A stretch of DNA of 64,000 nucleotides from an uncultured Pseudomonadota bacterium (GCA_963759165.1 CAVWXK010000001.1:3203725-3267724); one strand, 5' to 3'; shown: positions 1 to 10,245, counted from the first letter of the stretch. Program-made: numbers and translations. The notes: generated by a model from the sequence alone, not told the origin.

Positions 1-905
1 TCGCCGACTGAATTCATTACGGCGGCGCCGGGGATCGCCAGGGCCATCCGCGAGCTTTCAAAGCGCGCGTAGCCGGTGACGCCCTTTTTCAGGCGAAGAT
101 CGTGATTGGCAAGTTGGGCGTACGCGCCGAAAGTGCGCGTGGCGTCGTTTACCCGCGAATCGATTTTCGTTATCAGACCGGTGAAATTTACCCCCGGAAA
201 GGCGTCGGTTCCAACCACTCCCCGCATTCCCAGGTAGACCGCGCCAATCTTGTCCTCCGGAACCTGCGCCACCATCAGAACCGGATCGAGCACGCCCAAT
301 TGGATGAGGTCCTGATCGACCTTGGTGATCTCGCCTGGATTGATCACGCGCTCGAGCACGACGGCGGGAACCGGACTCAGGACTCGGGTGTTGGCCAGGT
401 TAATCTCCGCCCGCACTACGGTGTCGCGCGCTTCGGCCTCTTCGGTACGAGCCTTTTCAAGCTCCACGGCTGAAGCAAAGTTTTTCCGCATCAGCGCCTG
501 CATTCGGCGCAGTTGGTTCCGGGCGTGATCGTAATTGACTCGCGCCGCCTCCAGGTTGGTTTTGAACAACCGCTGGTCCATCTCGACCAGAAGATCTCCC
601 GGCTTTACGACGCTTCCCAAGTCAATCGGCACCTTCAAAACGCGGCTCACGACTTTGGCCGTCATCATTACCGGCATGCTGGGCTGAATAGTTCCGCTCG
701 CACCGATCGTTGCGCGCAGTACCTTGACCGCCGCAGGGACCGTCTGCACCGCTACAGGAAGCGCAGGAACCTTGGCCAGGCGAGTGTCCTTCTGGACCTT
801 GTGCGTGAAATAATACCCGGTATAAATGAGGGCGACCGTCACGATCGCGCCCAAAAGCAGGCCGATCGCGAGATCTCTCTGTCTTCGGTTGTTTCCTTCG
901 CTCAT
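1..905 (-). CDS. Efflux RND transporter periplasmic adaptor (membrane fusion protein), 3' end beyond window
   Basis: Not in the ORF track because it is open at the edge. Manual minus-strand translation from ATG 905: MSEGNNRRQRDLAIGLLLGAIVTVALIYTGYYF (TM) ...IGASGTIQP...AKVVSRVLKVPIDLGSVVKPGDLLVEMD (lipoyl-like half motif typical of MFPs). Confidence 0.8.
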   Translation of the reverse strand, partial: MSEGNNRRQRDLAIGLLLGAIVTVALIYTGYYFTHKVQKDTRLAKVPALPVAVQTVPAAVKVLRATIGASGTIQPSMPVMMTAKVVSRVLKVPIDLGSVVKPGDLLVEMDQRLFKTNLEAARVNYDHARNQLRRMQALMRKNFASAVELEKARTEEAEARDTVVRAEINLANTRVLSPVPAVVLERVINPGEITKVDQDLIQLGVLDPVLMVAQVPEDKIGAVYLGMRGVVGTDAFPGVNFTGLITKIDSRVNDATRTFGAYAQLANHDLRLKKGVTGYARFESSRMALAIPGAAVMNSVG

Positions 906-1099
906 CGCCCCCGTCCAGACTTTACGCTTGCGTCCTCAGCCACGCCCTCAGCGAGCAATCACTCCCCCTGGAGCGTACCGCCGCTGTTCTACTCGGAAGA
1001 AGTGTATTTCACGCCGCGCGTGCTGGGAAAGGGGGGCCGGTCTGATCGCCCGAATAATCAAACTTCCGGCAGAATTTAGCGGTAATTAGCAACCGTGGC

Positions 1100-2491
1100 C
1101 TAAACTGCTTCCTCGCCTGGAAGCGGCCTGGACACAACGGCGCCTCCGGAATGGGATACAACCACGACCGGATCGTGTCCATTGTGTCCGTTGTGTCCGT
1201 TGCGTCCATTGGCCGCAAGCGCCGGCCGCGACGATTCCGATTCTCCAAAATTCGCCGCCTGCCGGCTGGTTCCGTTCGAAGGTTCGAGCTCTAACGATTC
1301 CGATTCCGCCGCGGCCAGCGAGCCGTACACATCCTCGATATTCGTGCACAGCTGCCACCAGTCGAAATCTCTCGCCACCGTCTCCTTCGCCGTCGCCGCC
1401 AGTCTCGCCGCGAGCTCGCGGTCACGGAGCAGCGTTACCATCCCTTGGCCCAACGCCTGCCAGTCGTGATCGCGAACCACGTACGCCTCATGCATATGGC
1501 GGACGCCCTTGGCCGCACCCGCGAAACAAACGATCGGTCTGGCTGCCGCCATATAATTGAGCAGCTTGATGGGATGGCCCGGAACGTCGGGACGCGACAT
1601 CGTCGCCACCGACGCCATCGCCAGATAGTCAGGCAGCTCCGCGAGAGTCTGACCCTCCACCCAAACCACGGACCGACCAATCCCGAGCGACTGCGCCAGA
1701 GTGCGGTTCGTCGCCAGGTCGGGGTCCTTCTTGAGCGGGCTTACCACCATAAGGCGCGCCTTCGGTTCCGCTTTGACCACCACCGAAAAGGCCCGCAGCA
1801 GGTAGTCGATTCGCTGAAACGGGCTGTTTATCCCGGTGTACATGACCAACGGCTCTTGCCCGATGCCGTAACGTTCAAGCAGCGGCGCCGGATCGCTTTT
1901 CTGAAACATCTCGGCGTTCACGCCAAGGCTGATGTAAGAAATGCGGCTCGAGGGAATTCCGCGTTTTTCGAACGCATCGCGCAATTCCTTGGTGATCGCG
2001 ATGAAATAGTCCGGAAGCTTGGTGACCAGCCAGTCCAGAAAACGGGCGATGGGCATCGCCATAAACGCGGGCTTGATAAAACCGTAGGTGGGCAGCTCGT
2101 CGGACATCAGGTTGACCGCGTTGTAGATCAGCGGCCGGCCGGTCAAGAGCTTGGCCACGAAGCCGATAAGCACACCTTCGTAGTTCTGCGCGTGGATAAT
2201 CGCGATTCGTTCCGAGCGAATCACCCGACACACTTTGATCAGCAAGAGCAAATCGAGAAGCAGCTTCCTATACGACGGTCCGGAATGCAGGCTTACCTTT
2301 TTGCGCCAGTACCACGGCCGCCAGATCTTCGCGGCCGCAACCGGAATATCCTCCCCGTAGGGGTAGGTTACGATATGAACCTGATGTCCGCGCAACGCCA
2401 GCGTCTCGGACATTTCGCGGATCGCTCCTGGCGTACCGTAATTCGCGGGGAAAGGGCACGGAGCTATCATCGCCACCGAATATCGCTTCAT
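1100..2491 (-). CDS. Glycosyltransferase family 4 (GT-B)
   Basis: MKRYSVAMIAPCPFP...GHQVHIVT, IIHAQNYE, C-terminal HPIKLLNYMAAARPIV (GT4 signature region). ATG 2491 overlaps the upstream stop (TGATG). Confidence 0.85.
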   Translation of the reverse strand: MKRYSVAMIAPCPFPANYGTPGAIREMSETLALRGHQVHIVTYPYGEDIPVAAAKIWRPWYWRKKVSLHSGPSYRKLLLDLLLLIKVCRVIRSERIAIIHAQNYEGVLIGFVAKLLTGRPLIYNAVNLMSDELPTYGFIKPAFMAMPIARFLDWLVTKLPDYFIAITKELRDAFEKRGIPSSRISYISLGVNAEMFQKSDPAPLLERYGIGQEPLVMYTGINSPFQRIDYLLRAFSVVVKAEPKARLMVVSPLKKDPDLATNRTLAQSLGIGRSVVWVEGQTLAELPDYLAMASVATMSRPDVPGHPIKLLNYMAAARPIVCFAGAAKGVRHMHEAYVVRDHDWQALGQGMVTLLRDRELAARLAATAKETVARDFDWWQLCTNIEDVYGSLAAAESESLELEPSNGTSRQAANFGESESSRPALAANGRNGHNGHNGHDPVVVVSHSGGAVVSRPLPGEEAV

Positions 2492-3240
2492 CAGCTCCCG
2501 CCTCCTGCAGCCCCACCCGCACATCGCCCCCCCCACGAAGGCGAACCGAGGATCTCGATACCCGCTTGGCCCGACGCCCGCTGACGATCTTCTTCACCAA
2601 TGCCGCGCGTGCTGGAATTCGCCTCCCGGCGGCGCGCGACCAGAGACGCCGGAACAGGCTGCCGCCTGTCAAGGAACTCAGGAATTCCCGGAGAACCGAA
2701 AAGGAACAGCGCCCCCGCGACCAGCCCGAACGGTATCAGGTCGAAGGCGCTACCGATCCAGTTGTGCGCGGCGAATAAGTCCCGGAACTCCGCGTGATCC
2801 GGACCGATAAACAGCGTCACTGGAGAAGTGAAGCTCAGGCTCGTCAGCGGCGCCAGAAGCGGAACGCCACCCGAGGTATGCAGGCCCAGTTCCGCACCGG
2901 TGAACAAATCGATCAGCGCGTGGGATCCTATAACGATGAAATAGACCTTCCAGCCGCTCCAAAAGCCGCCCGGCTCCTTCCAGGTCAAAGCCACCAAAGC
3001 GGCAGCCGCCGCCGCGAAGAACAGGCTGTGGCTGGCCCCGTGATGGTAGGCGTTGGGATGGCCGGTGGTCAGCCATCCCACAAAAAAATCAAAATCAGGC
3101 AGATTCGCCAGCAGCACATAGCCCGCCATCGCCGCCCAGCGATGGCGAAGCTCCGGCGTGGTCGCCGCAGGCCGGCGCGAATCACGCCGGCGGTAGATTA
3201 GGATACCGGCCAGCCCGTGACCGATCGGCGAAGCCATCAA
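2491..3240 (-). CDS. Membrane-bound metal-dependent hydrolase (YdjM/DUF457-like)
   Basis: Motifs SPIGH, LANLPDFD, HHGASHSL, SHALID, with hydrophobic segments. Confidence 0.8.
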   Translation of the reverse strand: MMASPIGHGLAGILIYRRRDSRRPAATTPELRHRWAAMAGYVLLANLPDFDFFVGWLTTGHPNAYHHGASHSLFFAAAAAALVALTWKEPGGFWSGWKVYFIVIGSHALIDLFTGAELGLHTSGGVPLLAPLTSLSFTSPVTLFIGPDHAEFRDLFAAHNWIGSAFDLIPFGLVAGALFLFGSPGIPEFLDRRQPVPASLVARRREANSSTRGIGEEDRQRASGQAGIEILGSPSWGGRCAGGAAGGGS

Positions 3241-3606
3241 TAATTACCCCGCTGCGGCACTGACATTTACTCCGGAAAGAGCGATCCTGTCTCCATAAGG
3301 CACAGTTACCCAAAGGAAAAGGGACGACCGCCATCGGCGAGCATACCTAATCGCAGCGACTTTATATGAACTATACCCGCTCTACAAGAAACAAAAACCC
3401 CCTAATCAATCCAGAGGTTACGTCGCTACGTTGGGCTTACGAATATTTAAACAGTTGCTGCCGGCGGCCAAGCACCGATTCAAGGGATTTAAGCTCATCT
3501 ACCTCACGGCGGTCGCGATCTGTATGCTGATTCCGTTGGACCGAGCGCAACGGCCTGTGAGATTCCGGCGGTTGCCGGCACGACGATGGTGAGCCCGTAA
3601 ATCCCG

Positions 3607-4131
3607 ATGCGAAACCGGCAAAGATATCTGCGAGATCTGGTCGGAGTGGCGTTGCTGGCGGCGGTCTCGTTCGGGATCGGGATTGGCTTGAATTATGTGC
3701 GCGCCCAGCCGCTTTCGCTGGTCTATCAGTCACCGGAAGAGCGGCTTCAAGGCCAGCTCACCAAGCTCATCAAAGCGCCGCCGTTCCAGGTCAGCGATCT
3801 GCAAACCATGGGACTGGGCGAGTTCCGCCAGTTCCTTCAGGACGAGAAACCGCTGCTCCTCGATGCGCGCGCCGCCTCCCTGTATCGCGAAGGTCACATT
3901 CCAGGCGCCCTGAATCTGCCGCGCGAGGACTTCGCCAAGGATTACGGGCGGCTATCCGCCACGCTGGATGCGCACAAGGACAAGCCGATCGTGGTTTACT
4001 GCTCCGGCGCCGATTGCCACGACAGCAAACTCGTGGCGAGCGCCCTGCTCAGTCTGGGCTTCAGCCAGGTGCGGGTCTTCACCGGAGGATGGCAGGGATG
4101 GACGGAGGCCAATCTTCCGATCGCGCGTTGA
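3607..4131 (+). CDS. Rhodanese-like domain protein with N-terminal membrane anchor
   Basis: LLLDAR...YREGHIPGALNLP, active loop VVYCSGADC, GFSQVRVFTGGWQGW. Confidence 0.9.
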   Translation: MRNRQRYLRDLVGVALLAAVSFGIGIGLNYVRAQPLSLVYQSPEERLQGQLTKLIKAPPFQVSDLQTMGLGEFRQFLQDEKPLLLDARAASLYREGHIPGALNLPREDFAKDYGRLSATLDAHKDKPIVVYCSGADCHDSKLVASALLSLGFSQVRVFTGGWQGWTEANLPIAR

Positions 4132-4138
4132 TGGCGTG

Positions 4139-4576
4139 ATGACGGTGATTCAAATGAACTACAAACGCCCGATCGACATCGCCATCCGGATCGTCCTGGC
4201 TGCAGTGTTCGTCTATGCCGGCGCCCTGAAGGTCGTCGATCCGATGCCGCTGGCTGACAGTATCGCGTCGTTTAAAATCCTGCCGCGGATGGTCGTGAAC
4301 CCGATGGCTTTGGGTTTGCCAGCTTTCGAGATCGCGGCCGGCCTGCTGCTGTTAATCGGATGGACGCGGCGAACGGCGGCGCTTGCGATCGTGATCGTAA
4401 CGGCGGTCTTCGCCGCCGCGATGCTTTCGGCTCTGATACGCGGGATCAATGTTGATTGCGGATGCTTCGGGACGGGCGGCGGCTCTTCGATCCTGACGAT
4501 GCGGCTCCATCTCGCGCGCGACCTGCTGATCCTCGCCGGCGGCGCGATATCGTACCGGCTGGGGTACAAGACTTAA
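4139..4576 (+). CDS. MauE/DoxX family membrane protein
   Basis: RIVLAAVFVYAGALKV, LPAFEIAAGLLLL, RGINVDCGCFG, ARDLLIL; 4 TM segments. Confidence 0.85.
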   Translation: MTVIQMNYKRPIDIAIRIVLAAVFVYAGALKVVDPMPLADSIASFKILPRMVVNPMALGLPAFEIAAGLLLLIGWTRRTAALAIVIVTAVFAAAMLSALIRGINVDCGCFGTGGGSSILTMRLHLARDLLILAGGAISYRLGYKT

Positions 4577-4639
4577 CCGCCTCACGGCGGCAGCTCTTCA
4601 GCGGACCGACGAGGAGCGCATAAAACGCCAGAAACCTCG

Positions 4640-5788
4640 CTAAACGAATTCCGCGAAGATCGAGTCGGCGAGTTCGAGGCCGCGATCGCTAAGCCGGATA
4701 CGGTCGCGCTCGCGGATCAGCAGCCCGCCATCGAACAGGCCCACCGCGCGCGCGCCAAAGACGGTATCGAAGCTCTCGTCGAATCGACGCGCGAAGTCGC
4801 CCAGCGCGAAGCCTTCGCGAAGACGCAGGTTCAGGAACACGAACTCGCCCGCGGCGGTGCGCCCGCCGACGACCTCGCTGCCGGCCTCCGCGATGCCCTC
4901 GGTCTGCGCGCCCGTGATGTAGCCGGCCGGGCTTCGCTCGTTCCACCATCGCCGGCCCCCCGCACCCTCGCGCGCGAAGCTGTGCGCGCCCGCGCCAAGG
5001 CCGAGGTAACTCTTGCCGCGCCAGTATGTCAGGTTGTGCCGCGCCTCGTGGCCGCGCGAAGCGTAGTTGGAAATTTCGTACATCGGATAGCCGAGCGCCG
5101 GAAGTGCCTCGCGCACCGTCGCGTACATCATCGCCTGCTCGTCGCTGCCGTACTGGCGAATCCGCCCGCGCTTCAAGTCGGTGAAGAAGCTCGTGCCCTC
5201 CTCGAACGTCAGGTTGTAGGCCGAGATGTGATCGGGTTCGAGCGCCACGGCGGATTCGATATCGCCGCGCACGTCGGCAAGCGTCTGGCCGGGAACCGCG
5301 AAGATCAGATCGAGGTTGAGGCGCTCGAAGCCGGCGCGATGGGCCGCGCGGGCCGCCTCGCGCGTATCGTCGGGGCCGTGGATGCGGCCGAGAAATTTGA
5401 GGATATCGCTGTTGAAGGATTGCGCGCCGAAACTCAGCCGGTTGACCCCCGCCGATCGCATCCCGGCGAGCTTCGCCGCGTCGACCGTGCCGGGATTCGC
5501 TTCGAGCGTTATCTTGGCGTCCGCATCGATACTGCTCAGGCGCGCGGCTTCGTCGATTATCCGCGCTATCGACGCCGGCGCGAAGAGCGAGGGCGTTCCG
5601 CCGCCGATGAAGAGCGTTTTGATCGATTCGCCGGCCCACGGCGCCTGTTCGACGCGCCGCCTGAGCTCGGCGATCACCGCCTGCGTGTAGTCATCCTCGG
5701 GCCAGCTCGTCGCGGCATGAGAGTTGAAGTCGCAGTACGGGCACTTCGATTGGCAGTAAGGGATATGGATGTAGAGGGAAAAACTCAT
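4640..5788 (-). CDS. hemW: Radical SAM heme chaperone HemW (HemN-like)
   Basis: LYIHIPYCQSKCPYCDF (CxxxCxxC), GGGTPS, TLEANP, YEISNY, HNLTYW. Confidence 0.92.
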   Translation of the reverse strand: MSFSLYIHIPYCQSKCPYCDFNSHAATSWPEDDYTQAVIAELRRRVEQAPWAGESIKTLFIGGGTPSLFAPASIARIIDEAARLSSIDADAKITLEANPGTVDAAKLAGMRSAGVNRLSFGAQSFNSDILKFLGRIHGPDDTREAARAAHRAGFERLNLDLIFAVPGQTLADVRGDIESAVALEPDHISAYNLTFEEGTSFFTDLKRGRIRQYGSDEQAMMYATVREALPALGYPMYEISNYASRGHEARHNLTYWRGKSYLGLGAGAHSFAREGAGGRRWWNERSPAGYITGAQTEGIAEAGSEVVGGRTAAGEFVFLNLRLREGFALGDFARRFDESFDTVFGARAVGLFDGGLLIRERDRIRLSDRGLELADSIFAEFV

Positions 5789-5952
5789 CGAATATTATTT
5801 TACTCTCTTGCCTTTGAACCGCAGAGAGCGTTTGGCGAGAAACGTACTGACGCCTTAGGCCAGATGGTCGCTGGTCGCAACCGATTCGCTCTGGCCGACC
5901 GGCGGGTTTCGGAGATCCACGTATAGATTTTAAGGCCGCCGCTGGGTTTTTA

Positions 5953-7698
5953 CTATCGGCCTTTCTGATCCAGCGCGAGCCTGGTCGAATCGGTTGAAAC
6001 AGCTTTGGTCGGAGTTCTGGAATTGGCCGAAGTGGAACGGGGATTGACCCGAACAATGGCCATCATGCCGTTATCCTCATGCCCCAGGATGTGGCAGTGA
6101 TATACGAAATCGCCGATGTCTCTCCCGCGGAAATCCATTCGGAGCGTAACGCTCGGGTAGGGGCCCGATCCTGTCCAATAAGGAATATTGATCATATCGA
6201 GGAATTGCCGCTGCGGAGGAGGCGCCGGCACGCCGTTCACCGCCAGCAGCAGGAAATGAATCTGATGGATATGGAATTCATGAACTTCCCCGGTCCGGTT
6301 CTGGATGGTCCAGTCTTCCACCGCTCCCTGCATGGTGACGATCGCCGGAGGATTGTCAGGGCTGAAGAGCGCCGGGGTTGCCCCATCGACGGTGATGAAA
6401 AAGTTCGTAGGACTCAGCGGATTGGCGGGATCCGAAAGCACCTCGGAGAAATACAGCGTGCGTCGCGCCGTAACCGCCGCGCTCCCGAGTCCCTCAAAGC
6501 GCTGCGGGCCTAGCGTCCCTGAAACGGCCGGCATCGTTAAGCCCGGCTCTTCGGCGTAGTCCATTGCCTGGTCGTGCCCGCCATTCGATGCCTCGATAGT
6601 CGCCAACGGCCGTTGCGGATCGTTGTCCCCGATGGGGCCGGTGTCGACATTCAGGGTCAGCAGCGTGGCGTTCTTCACGGTTGAGGAAGGCCCGGTCACG
6701 ATGAATTCCGCGCGCGCGGCGGGCGCCAGCAGAATGTCAGTCATCTTAACGATCTGTCCCCGCCTGGTGCCGTCCTGGGATCCGGTCGGGACGCCGTCGA
6801 GACCTACCACCTGCAGGGTCTGCGGTTGGCCATCGAACTGAAGTTGCAGATCGATGATGGTGTCTGCCGAGGCGTTGAGAACCCGCCAGAGCTGACTCTC
6901 TCCGGGCCTCATTCGTATGATTGCCGGCGTATAATCCGGGAAGGCAATCGGCACGTAGTTTAGCGACAAGTCCCACGATGGCACGTTATTCGGCCCGCCG
7001 GGATTCGGGTTGCCGGCCACGTTCTGGTCGCGAATGACCAGGACCCGCTGGCGCAGACCAGCCACTGCCGGTTGCACCTCTGGGAGTCCCTCTACGATAA
7101 TCGCGCCGGAAGCGCCGCCCTGCACCGCTGCCTCGGCCATCCCGTGGATGTGCGGGTGATACCAGTAAAGCCCCGGCGGCTCATCTGCCGGAAATCCAAC
7201 GTCGTACGTGAAGCTCTCGCCCGAATTGATCACGGTGTGGAGCACCTCATCCTGGTGGCAGGTCGGAGAAGTGTTCGTCCCGTGATAATGGATATTGACC
7301 GAAGACGCGTCCATCGTCGCGGCCCCGCATTGCTCTGATGCCGAGGTCGTCATCCGCATTTCGCTCGAGGACGCGGGCGCGGGAAGATTGTTCTTTACGT
7401 GAACAATCAGGTGGTCGCCCGGATGCACATGGAGAGTCGGGGACTCTTGGCCATCCGGGGTCGCGAAACAAAACAGAGTCCTGCCCTCCGAATCCACGCT
7501 GGTGTTGTACGACAGATTCACGGTCAGCGCTCCGTGGCGGCTGAAAAGATTCGGAGGGTCCTGCAAGGTGCCGCCCGCGTCAAAGCGGGGGCAGGGGTTG
7601 TTATTAACAGCAGTCGTCTGAGCGGATACGCATGTCGGCGCGACGACGAAGACAATCGCGGCAAAGAGCAGCCGCCTCGTCATCTTTCCTTTCTTCAT
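5953..7698 (-). CDS. Multicopper oxidase (secreted)
   Basis: All four Cu motifs: IHYHG, WYHPH, HEFHIH, HCHILGHEDNGM; N-terminal signal peptide. Confidence 0.93.
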   Translation of the reverse strand: MKKGKMTRRLLFAAIVFVVAPTCVSAQTTAVNNNPCPRFDAGGTLQDPPNLFSRHGALTVNLSYNTSVDSEGRTLFCFATPDGQESPTLHVHPGDHLIVHVKNNLPAPASSSEMRMTTSASEQCGAATMDASSVNIHYHGTNTSPTCHQDEVLHTVINSGESFTYDVGFPADEPPGLYWYHPHIHGMAEAAVQGGASGAIIVEGLPEVQPAVAGLRQRVLVIRDQNVAGNPNPGGPNNVPSWDLSLNYVPIAFPDYTPAIIRMRPGESQLWRVLNASADTIIDLQLQFDGQPQTLQVVGLDGVPTGSQDGTRRGQIVKMTDILLAPAARAEFIVTGPSSTVKNATLLTLNVDTGPIGDNDPQRPLATIEASNGGHDQAMDYAEEPGLTMPAVSGTLGPQRFEGLGSAAVTARRTLYFSEVLSDPANPLSPTNFFITVDGATPALFSPDNPPAIVTMQGAVEDWTIQNRTGEVHEFHIHQIHFLLLAVNGVPAPPPQRQFLDMINIPYWTGSGPYPSVTLRMDFRGRDIGDFVYHCHILGHEDNGMMAIVRVNPRSTSANSRTPTKAVSTDSTRLALDQKGR

Positions 7699-7713
7699 AT
7701 TTAATATTTCATT

Positions 7714-8577
7714 CTAGAAGAACCAGCCTGAGTCGGACGATGGACCGAAGATTGCGCCGACGAAGCGCTCCATCTCTACGTTGAATTTCATGATCACGCG
7801 GTCGGAGCCGCGCGTCAGGCCGAAGCCGGGCCCGATGTTATATTCGAGCCCATGGGGCAGCTCGCCCCAGATCACGGGAAAGATATAGTGCTGCTGCTGG
7901 CTGAGCGGGTCGGCGTCGTCGATCAGACCGGCGCCGCCATAGAACTCGACGCCGGGCGACAGATAACGCATCCATCGGTAGTAAGCGCCAATTGAGTAGC
8001 CGAATTCGACGCCCTGGTTCTTGCCCGCTCCGGCGAGGACCTTCTCGAAGATCGGATTGGCGTTAAGCTGTAGCCGTCCGAAGTCCTTTTCGATGATTGG
8101 GCGCATCTCAAGCTCGACATCGGCATCGTCGAACTGCGGAGTCTTGTGCCATTCGAGCTCGGCATACCAGCCCAGATCGACCGGCAGCACGCCTGGGTCG
8201 AAGAGCCGGCCGCGCAAGCGATATTCGGAGCCGGCGTACCAGTAGCCGTGCCCATCCGGCTGAGCCATCAGCAGGTACACCGCGAGTTCGACTCGGTCGG
8301 TAAGTCCGTAGGTTAATTCGTACTGGTTGTACCACATACTCTGACTGCGAAAAGTTCCGGCGGCCGTGCCGTTGCCGCCTTGTCTGTGGCCGTCGGCAAC
8401 GACCGCGTTGTCGGTTTCCAGCTCAATTGTGCCGCGGCTCTCCGTGGCGTACGGGTAGACCTCGAATTCCCAGGGATCGAGTTGCGCCGCCGCGCGGCTA
8501 GGACACAGGAACGGAATCGAGAGCAGGAAGCCGATCGCAATCAGTCGCGAATATTTCTTCACAAAAATCCCTTTCAT
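7714..8577 (-). CDS. Putative outer-membrane beta-barrel protein
   Basis: Signal peptide (AAA-QLD), alternating aromatic/hydrophobic beta-strand pattern (ELTYGLTDRVEL, YRWMRYLSPGVEFY, LEYNIGPGFGL), C-terminal Phe. Confidence 0.65.
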   Translation of the reverse strand: MKGIFVKKYSRLIAIGFLLSIPFLCPSRAAAQLDPWEFEVYPYATESRGTIELETDNAVVADGHRQGGNGTAAGTFRSQSMWYNQYELTYGLTDRVELAVYLLMAQPDGHGYWYAGSEYRLRGRLFDPGVLPVDLGWYAELEWHKTPQFDDADVELEMRPIIEKDFGRLQLNANPIFEKVLAGAGKNQGVEFGYSIGAYYRWMRYLSPGVEFYGGAGLIDDADPLSQQQHYIFPVIWGELPHGLEYNIGPGFGLTRGSDRVIMKFNVEMERFVGAIFGPSSDSGWFF

Positions 8578-9038
8578 TGTTTCGATTTCTCAGCCGACGG
8601 AGCGGCCAGCACGGACTCGATCCATTGCTCCAGCGCCGCCTTATCGGCCTCGGTCAATCGGGCGCCCGGATCGACGACTCGATATGACCACGGCGGCATT
8701 GCCTCGTGGCGCAATGCCCTGTCAATCCATTGAAGCTTTCGTTTTCGCGTGGCGAGGTAGTATCCGCCCCAGTCGGAGAAGTTGAGCTCCTTGCGTCCCA
8801 GTTCCACGTCGTGCACGGCCAGCCATGAGATCGGAGCGACGCGGCTGTACCACGGCCATCGGGTTTCGTTCGAGTGGCAGTCGTAGCAGGCGCGTCGCAA
8901 CGTCGCCTTGATTCCGGGCGGAGCGGAAACATCGCCTGTTACCGGCGGGTTGACGCGTTGAACCGGAACCAACTGGGCCAATACAAGAGCACCAGCGATT
9001 CCGAGCACCGCGACGGTTCGGACACTCCCAAGGCTCAT
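8574..9038 (-). CDS. Haem-binding domain protein (mono-haem cytochrome c, Haem_bd type)
   Basis: ACYDCHSNETRWPWYS, ELNFSDW, distal Met in AMPP; N-terminal anchor. Confidence 0.88.
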   Translation of the reverse strand: MSLGSVRTVAVLGIAGALVLAQLVPVQRVNPPVTGDVSAPPGIKATLRRACYDCHSNETRWPWYSRVAPISWLAVHDVELGRKELNFSDWGGYYLATRKRKLQWIDRALRHEAMPPWSYRVVDPGARLTEADKAALEQWIESVLAAPSAEKSKQ

Positions 9039-9068
9039 CGCGGATGCCGCATTCGATCTTCGTCACTG

Positions 9069-9473
9069 TCACTTGGCGACAATGCTTCCCTCGGGGACGT
9101 CCTGATGGAAATCGTCGTAGAAGTCGTAGCTTCCTGGGCTCAGGGCCGGCAGACGAAGCGTGATCGTCTCGCCCGGCGTCATCGCAACCTCGCGGTTGAG
9201 CTTGAAGCTCTCGAACTCGATCGTCTCTTTGCTTGAATTCACGACCTTGATCGTGAATGGCCGGCCGGCGGGCACGGCGAGGGTCTGAGGCGCGAAATGG
9301 TGGTTTTCAAAACGGATCCCGATGACGCTGTCCTGGGCTCTCGCGGCGACGGCCGCGAGAGCGATTGTGGCTATGACGAAAAGAGCGGCGGTCGGTAATT
9401 TGATTGGTCTTCGCCCCCAACCGATGACCTCAGCACGTGTCTTTTCAGGAAGATCATTCTTCGTCCTGTACAT
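9069..9473 (-). CDS. Cupredoxin-domain protein (EfeO/FtrB-like) with Dps-like N-terminal stub
   Basis: FAPQTLAVPAG, IEFESFKLNRE, LSPGSYDFYDDFH (Cys-less FtrB-type); signal-like segment KLPTAALFVIATIALAAVAARA. The first ~18 aa resemble a Dps N-terminus. Confidence 0.82.
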   Translation of the reverse strand: MYRTKNDLPEKTRAEVIGWGRRPIKLPTAALFVIATIALAAVAARAQDSVIGIRFENHHFAPQTLAVPAGRPFTIKVVNSSKETIEFESFKLNREVAMTPGETITLRLPALSPGSYDFYDDFHQDVPEGSIVAK

Positions 9474-9508
9474 CCTCGTTCATCGCTCCCTGCTGTGAAT
9501 TAACCCGG

Positions 9509-9985
9509 TCAGTCAGCCTTGTGGATTTGCTGGGCCAGATAGTTCTGCTCGCCGACCTGCTTGATCAGCTCAAGCTGGCTCTCAAGCCAGTTCAGATGCT
9601 CTTCTTCCGTGGTCAGGATCTTTTCGAGCAACTCGCGGCTGCCGTCATCGCCGACCGCGACCGCCAGCGCGATGCTTTTATTCAGTCGGGCCACCCCTGC
9701 AATCTCGAGGTCGAGATCGAGCTTGAGTTGCTCTTTGACTTTTTCGCCGACGTTCACCTTTTCCAGCCGCTGCAGGTTTGGCACGCCCTCCAGATAAAGG
9801 ATCCGCTCAATCAGCTCCTCGGCATGCTTCATCTCGCTGAACGACTCCTTGCGGGTCTTGCCGGCAAGACGCTCGTAGCCCCAGTTCTCCTGCATCATCG
9901 CGTGGACGAAATACTCATGGACCGCGGTTAATTCCCAAGTCAGTTGCTCGTTTAGAGCCTCGATCAGCTTGGCGTTACCTTTCAT
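9509..9985 (-). CDS. bfr: Bacterioferritin
   Basis: [21 protein letters not shown]; E18, E51-M52-H54 (SEMKHA), [21 protein letters not shown]; 158 aa. Confidence 0.95.
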   Translation of the reverse strand: MKGNAKLIEALNEQLTWELTAVHEYFVHAMMQENWGYERLAGKTRKESFSEMKHAEELIERILYLEGVPNLQRLEKVNVGEKVKEQLKLDLDLEIAGVARLNKSIALAVAVGDDGSRELLEKILTTEEEHLNWLESQLELIKQVGEQNYLAQQIHKAD

Positions 9986-10015
9986 CGTGGACGCTCCTTG
10001 GTTGGTTGCCGGACT

Positions 10016-10228
10016 CTATGCTGAAATTTCGCGATGCCTTTGCGACCGATCAAGACCCAAACTTGAGCCCCGAAGACGAGCAATCATCGAGGCAATCTGG
10101 GCACGGCATGGAGGGCACGAACCGCCCGCGCCACAGCGCGCGGTTACGGCTCTTACGCTCGACGCACCTTGCTTGATGGTTTGCTCGACGGTGGCGTCCG
10201 TTACGCCGGCGCACTGACATAAGATCAT
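10016..10228 (-). CDS. bfd: Bacterioferritin-associated [2Fe-2S] ferredoxin
   Basis: MILCQCAGVTD...CGAGGSCPPC; directly upstream of bfr. Confidence 0.88.
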   Translation of the reverse strand: MILCQCAGVTDATVEQTIKQGASSVRAVTARCGAGGSCPPCRAQIASMIARLRGSSLGLDRSQRHREISA

Positions 10229-10245
10229 AGCGGCACATCCATGAA

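Noticed and set aside
1176-1212. 9-bp tandem repeats (NGH x3-4) at the GT4 3' end
   Set aside because: Short in-frame low-complexity tail, not an array.
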